This document shows, one piece after another, positions 27,982 through 37,654 of a stretch of 64,000 bases of DNA. The notes beneath the pieces were generated by a model. It was not told where the DNA came from. It made no database searches and worked only from the letters and a program-made list of their open reading frames with translations. The DNA is taken from the NCBI GenBank assembly GCA_017618015.1, contig JAFZVC010000025.1, positions 166,374 through 230,373 on the forward strand, in the 5' to 3' direction. Source of the DNA: Spirochaetaceae bacterium. GTDB taxonomy: Bacteria > Spirochaetota > Spirochaetia > Treponematales > Treponemataceae. Made by a program: the position numbers and the translations under genes. The number at the start of each line of letters is the position of its first letter. Position 1 is the first letter of the stretch.

Positions 27982-29626
27982 TTCTCACTCCTGTAAATCC
28001 ACGGCGGAAGCCGTTGCGCTTGTAGCAGCCATTTAACTTGTGGGAGCCGTCGCGCTTGTAGCATTCGCGGCACTCACCGCACTTACTACACTTACCGTTC
28101 GCATTTTTCGCCGCATACAACAATCTGTCTTTCCACAGATATTTTCCTTTTGTTATTGTGCCATCTTTAAGAAGTTGCTTCAACAACCCCATGCAGTCGC
28201 CCCTGTCTATAAAACTGCCACAATTCGCACTGTATTTTTCGGTGAGTTGTTCGGCGGCTTGTTCCAAAGTGAAGCATTTGTTGTGTTTTTTGATGAACGC
28301 GGCGGCAGCCTCCATATCAGCGGTTCCTGTTTCTCTTACACCAAGACAAATGTCGCATCCTTCACAAGCGGCTTTTTCCGCTCCCAGAGCATCGAGCAAA
28401 ACCTGACGCCTGCAATTGCCACTGTTTGCCTCCGCGAAATCGCCCATAACTCTTGCCCTGGAACCGGGAGCAGCAAGGGCTGCTTTTTCAGAGTCTTCCG
28501 GGCTCCAGACAAGAATCGATTTCGCGATAGAGCCGTCTCTGCCGCCGCGCCCCGCTTCTTGAATGAACGCTTCGGCGGTTGCTGGAACATCCAGATGGAT
28601 GACAGTTTTAATATCTTTTTTATCCACGCCCATTCCGAACGCGCACGTCACAGCCATTATCGCTTCTTTGTGCGGATGAAACCATTTCTCAACTTTGTCT
28701 TTTTCTTCGCGGGAAAGTCCTGCATGATAAAACTTTACGCAGTCTTTTTTCTCTGGATGCAGAATCTTCATCTGCTCCGCTAAAAGATAAGCCATTTTTT
28801 CGGTCCGCCGGCGCGTTTCGCAAAAAACAAGAAGAGGTTTCTCCTCTTTTTCCGCAAGCTCAAGCACAGCTTTTTCTTTTAAGGCGGCATAATGGACATA
28901 GTAGTGAATGTTCGGTCTGTCCGCTTCGCTACGGACGATATGACCTTCTCCGTCGAAAAGCACTTCGTTTATGCGGGCAAGAACTTCTGGCGATGCGGTC
29001 GCGGTGAACGCAGTGACCTTGCGGACGTTAAGCCGCTTAAGGATAGTGCCCAGCGTCAAATATGCAGGGCGGAACGTGTCGCCCCATTCTGAAACACAGT
29101 GAGCCTCGTCTATTGCGACGTGCGCTATGCCCGCTTTTGAAAGCCGCTCGACAAGCTCGTCTGACTGAAGAACCTCTGGGTTTGCGAGGATGACTTTTGC
29201 GCCTTCTTTTATAAGGCGGAAGCTTTCTTCACGTTCCTGTGCGGTCTGCTGCCCGCGAAAAACTACGGGCGTCATTCCGCCGTCCGTCATGCGCCGCGCT
29301 TGATCAGACATAAGTGCCAAAAGCGGGTACAAAATGAGCGTAGGACCTTCCAGAAGCAACGCGGGTATCAAAAAGCAAAGCGATTTTCCGGCTCCGGTGG
29401 GCAGCAGTACAATTTGGCGCAAAACAGCGGAATCCGACGCAGAATCAGGTGGTTCCAAAATGTTCGCTATCACAAGCCTCTGCCACGGATAAAGGTATTT
29501 TATGCCAAAGTTCTCAAGCGCGGCTGTTGCGACTGGATCAAAATCGGGCTCAAACTCCGCCCCTGCTTTTGCGATTGCAGCTCCCATAGCGGAATCTGTT
29601 AATTCCGTATAATTTGAATTGTTCAT
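27959..29626 (-). CDS. recQ: RecQ-family ATP-dependent DNA helicase
   Basis: Motif I LPTGAGKS, motif II DEAHCVSEWG, TATA, motif VI QEAGRGGRDG, and RecQ zinc cluster C-x-C..C. Start moved to MNNSNYTEL (ATG 29626). Confidence 0.85.
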   Translation of the reverse strand: MNNSNYTELTDSAMGAAIAKAGAEFEPDFDPVATAALENFGIKYLYPWQRLVIANILEPPDSASDSAVLRQIVLLPTGAGKSLCFLIPALLLEGPTLILYPLLALMSDQARRMTDGGMTPVVFRGQQTAQEREESFRLIKEGAKVILANPEVLQSDELVERLSKAGIAHVAIDEAHCVSEWGDTFRPAYLTLGTILKRLNVRKVTAFTATASPEVLARINEVLFDGEGHIVRSEADRPNIHYYVHYAALKEKAVLELAEKEEKPLLVFCETRRRTEKMAYLLAEQMKILHPEKKDCVKFYHAGLSREEKDKVEKWFHPHKEAIMAVTCAFGMGVDKKDIKTVIHLDVPATAEAFIQEAGRGGRDGSIAKSILVWSPEDSEKAALAAPGSRARVMGDFAEANSGNCRRQVLLDALGAEKAACEGCDICLGVRETGTADMEAAAAFIKKHNKCFTLEQAAEQLTEKYSANCGSFIDRGDCMGLLKQLLKDGTITKGKYLWKDRLLYAAKNANGKCSKCGECRECYKRDGSHKLNGCYKRNGFRRGFTGVRNELHSSG

Positions 29627-29801
29627 ATATATTATTATTGAAATTAGAATCGGCTTTTTATCAGTTTTTAACTGGTTTGATGAAAAAAAATCCGTATGCA
29701 CACCAAAATCTGGCAATACATACGGATTTAGCGTATAAGAGTCTGACTCCACAGTGAATTTTCGGCAGCTAGAAAAGAGTTCGCCTTTTTAAGCTGCCTT
29801 T

Positions 29802-31301
29802 TTACTGGATACCTGCTGATTTTAGAAGTGCCAAGTCATTCAGAAGCGTTTTGTCATCAGGAAAATCGTTAAGTCCTTGTTCCAGAATGGTTTTTGCTTC
29901 CTTGTATTTGCCTGCGTTTGCTTTCATAACAAAGTTGTTATGTATCTCAACTATACAGTTTGTGTAGAAAATCTGTGTTGTCTGTTTGAAAGTGTCGCTC
30001 GTAGGAACTTGTTTTTCTGCAAGAAGCGAATCTTCATAACCGCCGCGGAAATCGTAGTTGTTAATCCGTTCGTTCAGTATTGTAAGCCATGCGTTTTCAA
30101 GCTCAAGCAGCAAGCGTTTCCGTTGTGTCTCTGTCACGTTCCCGGAATCAAGCATGCCGTTTATGATATCAGTTTTCTGTCGCGGCGTGGCTCCGTCAAG
30201 TTTTGTGGCAATAAGCAGTTCCATGATGATTTCCTGAGAGTCAGAAAACTGCTTTGCGGAAACGTACGGTTTAAGTTCTTTTGATGCAGCTTCTGCCAAA
30301 TCATACGCTCTTTCTTGATAGCAAAGGAAAATAAGGTTGTTGAACGCCGAGTCCATGTTGCTCTGAATCATTTCTGTCTTGCCCCAGCGTTCTATAAAAC
30401 TTGCGAACCACATTGTGGCTTCGGCGTATTCTGAAGCGGTACAAGAAGATATGTCGGCTGTTTTGTCGTGCATATAAGAACATGGAAGACCGAAAAAGTC
30501 ATCGCGGATTTGTTGCTGCACGGTTGATTTTTCGTTCTTTATAAGGTTATAGAACGCGCCCATGCTAGGGATAGCTGAAAAATAGTCGTTGTTGTCCAGA
30601 TAATCAACGCACAGGTTGTTTGCGATAAGTCCGGTAAAAACCTTGTCGCTTACTTCTTGCCTGTCGGAATAATCTGATTCTGGAACGACATAATACATCT
30701 TCATGTTTTCGCCGTAATCAACGACTCCGGTGCTTCCGGGGTTGAATCCGTACGGATTTGTTGTCTCCACGTCTATCCGGCGTTTCCATCCTGTCGCTTT
30801 GTCGGTGATAACAACCGTGCAGAAAGCGTGGGCGGGCGTTTTCTGACCCTTTACTTCGAGCCCGGCGGCTTTCGCGGCAGCCATGTAAATTAACGCCGAT
30901 GAAACACAGTTGTAGTATCCTGTCTCAAAGACAACATGCACTTTCGACTGATCTTCCCTGTATTCCACAAGAATGTCGCGGTATAAAAGCGTAAGCACAG
31001 CTTTTCCGCGTTCTTCTTCGGACATGCGCATATATTCCTGTGAGGAAACTTCTTTTTTAATGCGTTCAAACTTTTGTAAGGCGCGTCGCCCGGACACCGA
31101 TCGGAGCGGACATTCTGAAAATAAAAGAGAAAGCTTGAAAACTTCATCGGCGTTAAGGTTTTTCGCCGGAATGTAGCCCAATTCCAGTTCGGGGATAAAA
31201 AGTGGTTCTACGGATGGATAGCGTGAAGTACTGCTTGCAAATAAGTTTACGGACGCAGCAACAAGGATTACTGCTAAGAAAAATGATTTTAAAACTCTCA
31301 T
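29802..31301 (-). CDS. secreted transglutaminase-like (Cys-His-Asp) domain protein with helical-repeat C-terminus
   Basis: Signal peptide present. GYYNCVSSALIY (Cys) ... PAHAFCTV (His) ... VETTNP resembles the transglutaminase-like cysteine peptidase core. By eye only. Confidence 0.45.
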   Translation of the reverse strand: MRVLKSFFLAVILVAASVNLFASSTSRYPSVEPLFIPELELGYIPAKNLNADEVFKLSLLFSECPLRSVSGRRALQKFERIKKEVSSQEYMRMSEEERGKAVLTLLYRDILVEYREDQSKVHVVFETGYYNCVSSALIYMAAAKAAGLEVKGQKTPAHAFCTVVITDKATGWKRRIDVETTNPYGFNPGSTGVVDYGENMKMYYVVPESDYSDRQEVSDKVFTGLIANNLCVDYLDNNDYFSAIPSMGAFYNLIKNEKSTVQQQIRDDFFGLPCSYMHDKTADISSCTASEYAEATMWFASFIERWGKTEMIQSNMDSAFNNLIFLCYQERAYDLAEAASKELKPYVSAKQFSDSQEIIMELLIATKLDGATPRQKTDIINGMLDSGNVTETQRKRLLLELENAWLTILNERINNYDFRGGYEDSLLAEKQVPTSDTFKQTTQIFYTNCIVEIHNNFVMKANAGKYKEAKTILEQGLNDFPDDKTLLNDLALLKSAGIQ

Positions 31302-31402
31302 AGAAAAACACTAAAACATAATGATACGGTTGTCAACAATGGAGCAGGCGATTGAGCTGATTACGCTTTGTAGACGGGATTTCGGTGGAAATGATATAAA
31401 AC

Positions 31403-31723
31403 CTAGTCAAACTCCCGCAAAACTTCATTCACATAATCCCGTATATCGCTTGCAATCGCAGATTTTAGTCGTGTCGCGGTTTCCTTGTTTTTTCTGAATG
31501 ATTCTCCAATCGGCATAAAAAGTTTCACAACATCGATTTCCAAAGCCTCTGTAATTTGAGAAAGAGTTTTTTCTTCTGGATAAGAATGTGCTAATTCAAT
31601 GCTTTTTATAGTAGCTTCAGACAGATTTGACTTTTCTGCCAATTGAAATTGAGTATATTTTTTTTGTTTGCGAAGTGTGCGGATGTTTTCTGCAACACGC
31701 ATCCGTATCTCAAAATCTTGCAT
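31403..31723 (-). CDS. XRE-family helix-turn-helix transcriptional regulator
   Basis: ENIRTLRKQKKYTQFQLAEKSNLSEATIKSIE is a classical Cro/C1-type HTH. Confidence 0.75.
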   Translation of the reverse strand: MQDFEIRMRVAENIRTLRKQKKYTQFQLAEKSNLSEATIKSIELAHSYPEEKTLSQITEALEIDVVKLFMPIGESFRKNKETATRLKSAIASDIRDYVNEVLREFD

Positions 31724-31874
31724 TATATTATTTTCAATGAAATTATATTAAGATTACATAGATGAGAAATATACAAAGCTTAAAAAAGTATATATAATCT
31801 ATACAAAAATAAATATCTGTTTTATACTATTTCTTGAAAAGTTTATTTCTAGTAAATAATTTTGGAGGACTTGT

Positions 31875-32780
31875 ATGAAAAGATTTTTAACTGTTGGATT
31901 GATAGTATGCTTACTGTCTGTTTTTACTTCGTGCTTATCGACAGGAGGCGCATCATCTTCTGCTGATTCAGTAGATGTGTCTGGACTTTCTTTGGGAGAT
32001 AGAAAACTGATTTCTGGTGTTTACAACTTTGCGACAGAGAAATCAGATTCTTGGACTATATATGATCCATACTTTGTGTCGATTGATGTTACGAATGAGA
32101 AATACGTGTTTACTGCAAGTTTCGTTGTAGGAAATATAGTAGGTTTGACGAGATATGATTTCACATGTACGGTAACAAAACAAGGTGATGATTTTAAGAT
32201 TGATTTGACGGATATGTCATCATATGCTTGTGATAGAGATTTGAAAAAAGTAAAAGCAGGATCTTCATATAAAGCTTCGGAAAAAGTTGCTGCTGAATAT
32301 GCAAAACAAATGAAAGCAGAAATTCTGCTAAGAATTACAAACTGGTCAGATGATGAGTATACACAGAATCTTAATAAAGCAGTAACATCACCTATTATAT
32401 TGAATTGTATAGCGAACAATTCTGCATTAGTTTTCAAGAAGTTTATTAGTGATTATGAAATTATAGGTAGAACAATAAGCTTGCAAATGAATATAACGTC
32501 TGTTGATGAAGATAACAAGCATGAAGAATTTTCCTATTATGTTACAGGAAAAACTTTGAGAGGATACAAAATAGATGATCTTGGTATAAAGTTTCCGCAG
32601 TATTCAAGTGTATTTGTTTATACAAACAATGATAATGTTATATCATTGACACCGGCTGAGACTCTTGATGGAATAATGGCAGGTGGTACATCTGGTTCTG
32701 TGTATGAAGTAAATGGCACAATTAAGGACGTAAGAAGAAGTGATACAGGTGGTGTATCTGTTATTGAAATATATGAATAA
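31875..32780 (+). CDS. lipoprotein, function unknown
   Basis: Signal peptide with lipobox-like VFTSC. GGAGG RBS. AT-rich gene. Confidence 0.55.
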   Translation: MKRFLTVGLIVCLLSVFTSCLSTGGASSSADSVDVSGLSLGDRKLISGVYNFATEKSDSWTIYDPYFVSIDVTNEKYVFTASFVVGNIVGLTRYDFTCTVTKQGDDFKIDLTDMSSYACDRDLKKVKAGSSYKASEKVAAEYAKQMKAEILLRITNWSDDEYTQNLNKAVTSPIILNCIANNSALVFKKFISDYEIIGRTISLQMNITSVDEDNKHEEFSYYVTGKTLRGYKIDDLGIKFPQYSSVFVYTNNDNVISLTPAETLDGIMAGGTSGSVYEVNGTIKDVRRSDTGGVSVIEIYE

Positions 32781-32820
32781 GTATTTTCAGTAAGGAATTT
32801 ACATCGTATATAATTACAAA

Positions 32821-32874
32821 AATGTCCAGTCTCTGATAGTGTTTTTAATTCTGTTAGCGATTGGACATTTTTTT
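32821..32874 (+). terminator. intrinsic terminator after lipoprotein gene
   Basis: 11-bp stem AATGTCCAGTC/GATTGGACATT (one G-U pair) followed by a T7 run. The loop is large. Confidence 0.5.
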
Positions 32875-32888
32875 GTTTGCGAAGGAAT

Positions 32889-33164
32889 CTAGCAGTAAAA
32901 AGATATTCCTTCGAAATGCTTTTGCCATTCAGAACAGATGTAAGGAGCCCTGATTTCTATTACAGACATAATATCATTAAGAATATGCATCGGGATTTTT
33001 GATTTATTATGGGCAACAATACAATGCATGGATTTTGTAATCCAAATCTTTGTTCCGTTCTTTTGAGGTTTGCCTTGTGCAACATGAACGTGAACAGGTT
33101 CTTTTGGTTCGCCTTCATCTGACCAAAAATAAATTACATAACCACCGATACTAAAAATTTGCGG
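32889..33164 (-). CDS. DUF4160-like small protein
   Basis: MPQIFSIGGYVIYFWSDEGEPKEPVHVHV resembles the DUF4160 N-terminus (MPxI..F.G..I..Y..eH.PPHfH). Confidence 0.5.
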   Translation of the reverse strand, partial: PQIFSIGGYVIYFWSDEGEPKEPVHVHVAQGKPQKNGTKIWITKSMHCIVAHNKSKIPMHILNDIMSVIEIRAPYICSEWQKHFEGISFYC

Positions 33165-33426
33165 CATTACCAAAACCACCTTGTCTGGCGAATTTATAGA
33201 TAACGTGAACACCTTTTTCTATGATGTCTTGGAATTCTTTTATTTCATTATCGGAGAAGCCGTTGTTTTGCCAACTGTAGTTTGGTAAAATGCATGTCGC
33301 ATTAATAAAGCCACCGTCTACTGGGCGTTCGATGTATACCTTAATCTTTTCGCAGTTATTCTCTTCGTAGATACTTGAATGGGTAATCTCGGTTTCGTCA
33401 GGCATAGTCATAAAAGGGTATTTCAT
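33151..33426 (-). CDS. hypothetical small protein (upstream partner of DUF4160-like gene)
   Basis: GGAGG lies 8 nt upstream of ATG 33426 (MKYPFMT...). It overlaps the next gene by 14 nt. Confidence 0.45.
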   Translation of the reverse strand: MKYPFMTMPDETEITHSSIYEENNCEKIKVYIERPVDGGFINATCILPNYSWQNNGFSDNEIKEFQDIIEKGVHVIYKFARQGGFGNAANF

Positions 33427-33546
33427 CTTTGTCGCCTCCGAGTCTGAATTATAACACATTTCGGACATCTTGCAATATTATCTATAACAGCTTGCTTTTG
33501 CATGGATATGCCCTATACTGGAAGTATCATTTTTCAAGGAGTTCTT

Positions 33547-34365
33547 ATGGATAAAAAGCGGATTGTTTTGCTTAGTTCTTTGTTTGTTGCGATTTCTTTA
33601 TTATTCACAAGCTGTGTGACTTCTGGTAAAAATGGAATTGTATCTGAAAAAGAAGGTGTATCAATCAAGACCGGATATTATATAAATGAATGTCTTTTAG
33701 AGCTTGGAGCCGGGGAGGGAAATGGAAAATCGTTTGAGCCTTCTGCAACAGCTCCGTCTGCTGAATTCGAAACAAAGTTGCTTTCTGAAGATTATTCCAA
33801 GACAGAAATAGTCGCGTGGTGCGATGGAAACACGATTTGGTACTATGCGGCAGGATATACGGACATAGAAGACAATAAGATACCGCTTTATTTTGATAGC
33901 AGCGCCATGTTTCTTGGATGTTCAAAACTAATCAAAATTGATTTAAGTAAATTTGATACAAGTGATGTCGGTATAATGGAGAATATGTTCAGCTGTTGTT
34001 CGTCTCTTAAAGAGATTGTTGGTTTGAACATGTTTAACACTAGTAATGTAGTAACCACGCAATTAATGTTTTTCGGGTGTGAATCGCTGGAAACACTTGA
34101 TTTGAGTAGTTTCGATTTAAACGCGGTTAAAGACTTGGATGGAATGTTCTTTGGTTGTGTCGAACTTTCGACTATTTACGTGGCAAAAAATACTGATTGG
34201 AATTTGTTAGATGCCGCAGCAAAACCTTCAAGTACTTTATTTTCATGGTGTTTTTCTTTGGGGGGCGGCGAAGGTACATATTATGATGACAGCCATACCG
34301 ATGTAGCCTACGCGCATGTTGACGGTGGCGAAAGTAACCCCGGTTATTTCACCGTGAAGCCGTGA
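33547..34365 (+). CDS. BspA-family leucine-rich-repeat surface lipoprotein (DUF285-type repeats)
   Basis: Lipobox LLFTSC. Repeats F.GC..L..IDLS.FDTS.V..M..MF..C..L are typical of BspA/DUF285. AAGGAG RBS before ATG 33547. Confidence 0.7.
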   Translation: MDKKRIVLLSSLFVAISLLFTSCVTSGKNGIVSEKEGVSIKTGYYINECLLELGAGEGNGKSFEPSATAPSAEFETKLLSEDYSKTEIVAWCDGNTIWYYAAGYTDIEDNKIPLYFDSSAMFLGCSKLIKIDLSKFDTSDVGIMENMFSCCSSLKEIVGLNMFNTSNVVTTQLMFFGCESLETLDLSSFDLNAVKDLDGMFFGCVELSTIYVAKNTDWNLLDAAAKPSSTLFSWCFSLGGGEGTYYDDSHTDVAYAHVDGGESNPGYFTVKP

Positions 34366-34398
34366 GAGGAAGCGGTTCTTTGTAAAGTCTGGGGCGTT

Positions 34399-34523
34399 GC
34401 GGGGTTGAAACTGAATCAGCTTACCCCGCAGGAAGGGGGAGCCGAAAACGGAGCACGCTTGCGTGCGAACGGTTGAGGCGCGGGGGAAGACCCAGTGAGC
34501 GCGTAGCGCGAACTTCCCCCGCC
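34399..34523 (+). repeat. modular GC-rich intergenic repeat, copy B
   Basis: Hairpin GCGGGG...CCCCGC, AGGAAGGGGGAGCCGAAAACGGAGCACGCTTGCGTGC, and CGGGGGAAG...CTTCCCCCG ending in CCTATC, as in copy A. Confidence 0.55.
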
Positions 34524-34530
34524 TATCATA

Positions 34531-34559
34531 TTGACTTAACTCCTCTAGAAATCTAAAAT
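34531..34559 (+). promoter_or_regulatory. sigma-70 promoter of alaS, positioned for a leaderless or near-leaderless transcript
   Basis: TTGACT-17 nt-TAAAAT. The -10 box ends 8 nt before ATG 34568, and there is no SD. Confidence 0.5.
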
Positions 34560-34567
34560 AACTGATT

Positions 34568-36364
34568 ATGACCGCTAACGAATTACGCTCTAAATACATA
34601 GAGTTCTTCAAATCAAAAAATCATGCTGAGATTTCAGGTCAGTCACTGATTCCTGAGAATGACCCATCCGTTCTTTTTACGACAGCCGGTATGCACCCGC
34701 TCGTTCCATATCTTTTGGGTGAGAAGCACCCTGCCGGAACGCGTCTTACGGACTACCAGAAATGTATCCGCACCGGCGACATCGATGAGGTTGGCGACCC
34801 AAGCCACCTTACGTGCTTCGAGATGCTCGGCAACTGGTCGCTCGGCGACTACTTCAAAAAAGAATCTATCGCGTTCAGCTACGAGTTCCTTACAAGCAAG
34901 GACTGGCTCGCTCTTGACCCGCGCAAAATAAGCGTCACTGTTTTCGCCGGTGACGAGAACGCTCCCCGTGACGAGGAAGCTGCCGGCTACTGGAAAGACA
35001 ACGGCATGCCAGCCGACAAGATTGCATATCTTCCTGCGAGCGACAACTGGTGGGCAGCTGGTCCGACAGGTCCATGCGGTCCTGATACGGAGATTTTCTA
35101 CTGGGTTGGCGAGGGACTTCCACCGGAAGGTTCAAACAAGGGCACAGATAGCGCAAACTGGATGGAAATCTGGAACAACGTTTTCATGCAGTACAACCGC
35201 ATAGACGAAAAGACACTCGTTCCGCTTCCAAAGCAGAACGTAGACACCGGAATGGGCTTGGAGCGCACGAACTGCATCCTTCAGGGCAAGACGTCCGTAT
35301 ATCTTACGGAAGTTTTCCAGCCGATTATCGCAAAGATTGAAGAGCTTTCTGGCTACAAATACGGAAGCGATCCAGAAAAAGACGCTTCTGTCCGCATCAT
35401 CGCAGACCACTCACGTGCAAGCACGTTCATTCTGGGCGACCAGAGGGGCGTTTCTCCTTCGAACTTGGGAGCGGGCTACGTTTTGCGCCGCCTTATCCGC
35501 AGGGCTGTCCGCCACGGAATGAAGCTCGGCATTGACAAAGCGTTCCTTGCCGACATTGCTGCGACAGTTATCGCGAACTTCAGCGTCGCATACCCTGAGC
35601 TTTCTCAGAACGCCGACAAAGTTAAGAAAGAGCTTACGGCAGAGGAAGACCGCTTCCGCGACACGCTGAAAAAAGGCGAGGCAGAGTTCCAGAAGCTGCT
35701 TCCGAACCTTATGAAGAACCCGAAGAAAGAGATTAGCGGCAAGGTTGCTTTCCGCCTGTACGATACATTCGGTTTCCCGCTTGAGCTTACTCAGGAGCTT
35801 GGCGCGGAGAACGGCTTTACTGTTGACGTTGAAGGCTTTAAGGAAGCTGAGAAGAAGCATCAGGAAGCGTCAAAATCACTCGATGCCGGAAAGGCTAAGG
35901 GCGGTCTTGCCGAGCAGTCCGAGATTACGACTAAGTATCATACGGCAACACACCTTCTTCAGCAGGCGCTTGTCAACATCCTTGGCGACCAGGTTGCGCA
36001 GAAAGGCTCCAACATCAACAACGAGCGCATGCGCTTTGACTTTACTTTTGAGCGTCCAATGACTCCAGAAGAGGTGAAAAAAGCCGAAGATATAGTAAAT
36101 GAGCAGATTCAGAAGGATTTGCCAGTTACGATGGAAATAATGAGCCTTGAAAAGGCTAAGGCAGAAGGTGCGCGCGCACTGTTCGCCAATAAATACGGCG
36201 AAGACGTGAAGGTGTACACCATCGGACCTAAGGACAATTGGTTCAGCAAAGAAGTTTGCGGTGGCCCGCACGTTGAGCATACAGGGCTTATCGGTCACTT
36301 CAAGATTACGAAAGAGCAGTCGTCATCAGCCGGTGTTCGCCGCATAAGAGCAGTAATCGAGTAG
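34568..36364 (+). CDS. alaS: alanine--tRNA ligase, short form without C-Ala domain
   Basis: Class II motifs (FTTAGM, GNWSLGDYFK) plus editing-domain HTATHLL and CGGPHV. At 598 aa it ends right after the editing domain. Confidence 0.9.
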   Translation: MTANELRSKYIEFFKSKNHAEISGQSLIPENDPSVLFTTAGMHPLVPYLLGEKHPAGTRLTDYQKCIRTGDIDEVGDPSHLTCFEMLGNWSLGDYFKKESIAFSYEFLTSKDWLALDPRKISVTVFAGDENAPRDEEAAGYWKDNGMPADKIAYLPASDNWWAAGPTGPCGPDTEIFYWVGEGLPPEGSNKGTDSANWMEIWNNVFMQYNRIDEKTLVPLPKQNVDTGMGLERTNCILQGKTSVYLTEVFQPIIAKIEELSGYKYGSDPEKDASVRIIADHSRASTFILGDQRGVSPSNLGAGYVLRRLIRRAVRHGMKLGIDKAFLADIAATVIANFSVAYPELSQNADKVKKELTAEEDRFRDTLKKGEAEFQKLLPNLMKNPKKEISGKVAFRLYDTFGFPLELTQELGAENGFTVDVEGFKEAEKKHQEASKSLDAGKAKGGLAEQSEITTKYHTATHLLQQALVNILGDQVAQKGSNINNERMRFDFTFERPMTPEEVKKAEDIVNEQIQKDLPVTMEIMSLEKAKAEGARALFANKYGEDVKVYTIGPKDNWFSKEVCGGPHVEHTGLIGHFKITKEQSSSAGVRRIRAVIE

Positions 36365-36559
36365 GCCGCATACTAGGCGCATTTTGAACTCGCGGCTTTC
36401 CGCAATGAAACGCCGAAAGCGGCATATTTCGCGCGCTCGTGTAACATTTGTATTTTATGTATGTTTATTGGATATCACGTAGTGTACCACGTACGGTTCG
36501 GAGTGGGAGTTCCCTCCTGACGTTTACTGGAATATATCCTGAACATTAAGGAAGATAGT

Positions 36560-37648
36560 ATGAACAAAAGAATTATTACTTTATTTGCCATGATTGCTGT
36601 TACGGTCGCATCTCTTGCAGCCCAGACAAATCTTCAGCCGCTGGCAACTGTAAAGCTCAATAAGGCAGAGACAATTACACTCAAGCAGCTTAAAGACCGC
36701 TGCGAAGTTTACAAGAAGCAGACGGGAATGACTTCTTTCTCGATTGACCAGAAGAAAGAGATTCTTGACTCCCTTATCAACGAAAAGCTTATCCTTCAGG
36801 CGGCTGCAAAAGCCGGTATGGTCATTACAGACACACAGGCTTATGAGCTTTATATTCAGACGCTCTCAAGCCAGGTAGGCCAGAACGTTACAGAATCCGA
36901 TTTCGCACAGCTCGTAAAACAGCAGTACAACATGAGTCTTGATGACTTTTTCAAGGCTCAGCTCGGTATGACTGGCGAAGAATACAAGGTTTTCCTCAAG
37001 AATCAGTATATCGCGCAGCAGTACGTGATGAAGGTTAAGGAAAGCGGATTCCTTGCCGTAGCCGCAACAGACGAAGAGATCCGTGCATATTACGAAATGA
37101 ACAAGCAGAGTTTCTACCAGAACGATATTTTGAAAGCATTCTTTGTTATTGTTTCTAAGGGAACGGATGCTGCTGCCGCCAAAAAGCTTGCAGAAAGCCT
37201 TTACAACGATGTTAACGCAAAGAAAGTTACTTTTGACGAGCTTAAGGTGAAGATGTCAGAGCCTAACTCCGGTTTCCAGGCTGGCGATATGTTCATCGGT
37301 AAGACATCTCAGGCTGCATCTCAGCTCGGTATTTCATATCAGGATTTGATGAAGATTTTCACCCGCTCAATCGGAAACGTTTCAGAGATTAAGGAAACTT
37401 CAACTGACTTCCAGTTCAATGTAATCCGCGCTCAGTATCCTGCCAAGCTCCTTGAGCTCAGTGATGTTGTTCAGCCGGAATCTACGACTACAGTATATGA
37501 GTACATCCGCAGCTATGTTTCACAGCAGAAGATGTCCGAATACTTCAATCAGGCAACGCAGGAGCTTTGCAACGAGCTTCGTACTTCCAATAACTATCAG
37601 ATGATGAAGACCGGTTCTGCGCTTGATTCTCTTCTTGAAGGTTGGTAA
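36560..37648 (+). CDS. periplasmic SurA-N/PpiC-like chaperone
   Basis: It has a signal peptide and a SurA N-terminal-like helical region (KKEILDSLINEKLILQAA). Weak by-eye assignment. Confidence 0.5.
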   Translation: MNKRIITLFAMIAVTVASLAAQTNLQPLATVKLNKAETITLKQLKDRCEVYKKQTGMTSFSIDQKKEILDSLINEKLILQAAAKAGMVITDTQAYELYIQTLSSQVGQNVTESDFAQLVKQQYNMSLDDFFKAQLGMTGEEYKVFLKNQYIAQQYVMKVKESGFLAVAATDEEIRAYYEMNKQSFYQNDILKAFFVIVSKGTDAAAAKKLAESLYNDVNAKKVTFDELKVKMSEPNSGFQAGDMFIGKTSQAASQLGISYQDLMKIFTRSIGNVSEIKETSTDFQFNVIRAQYPAKLLELSDVVQPESTTTVYEYIRSYVSQQKMSEYFNQATQELCNELRTSNNYQMMKTGSALDSLLEGW

Positions 37649-37654
37649 TCGTAA

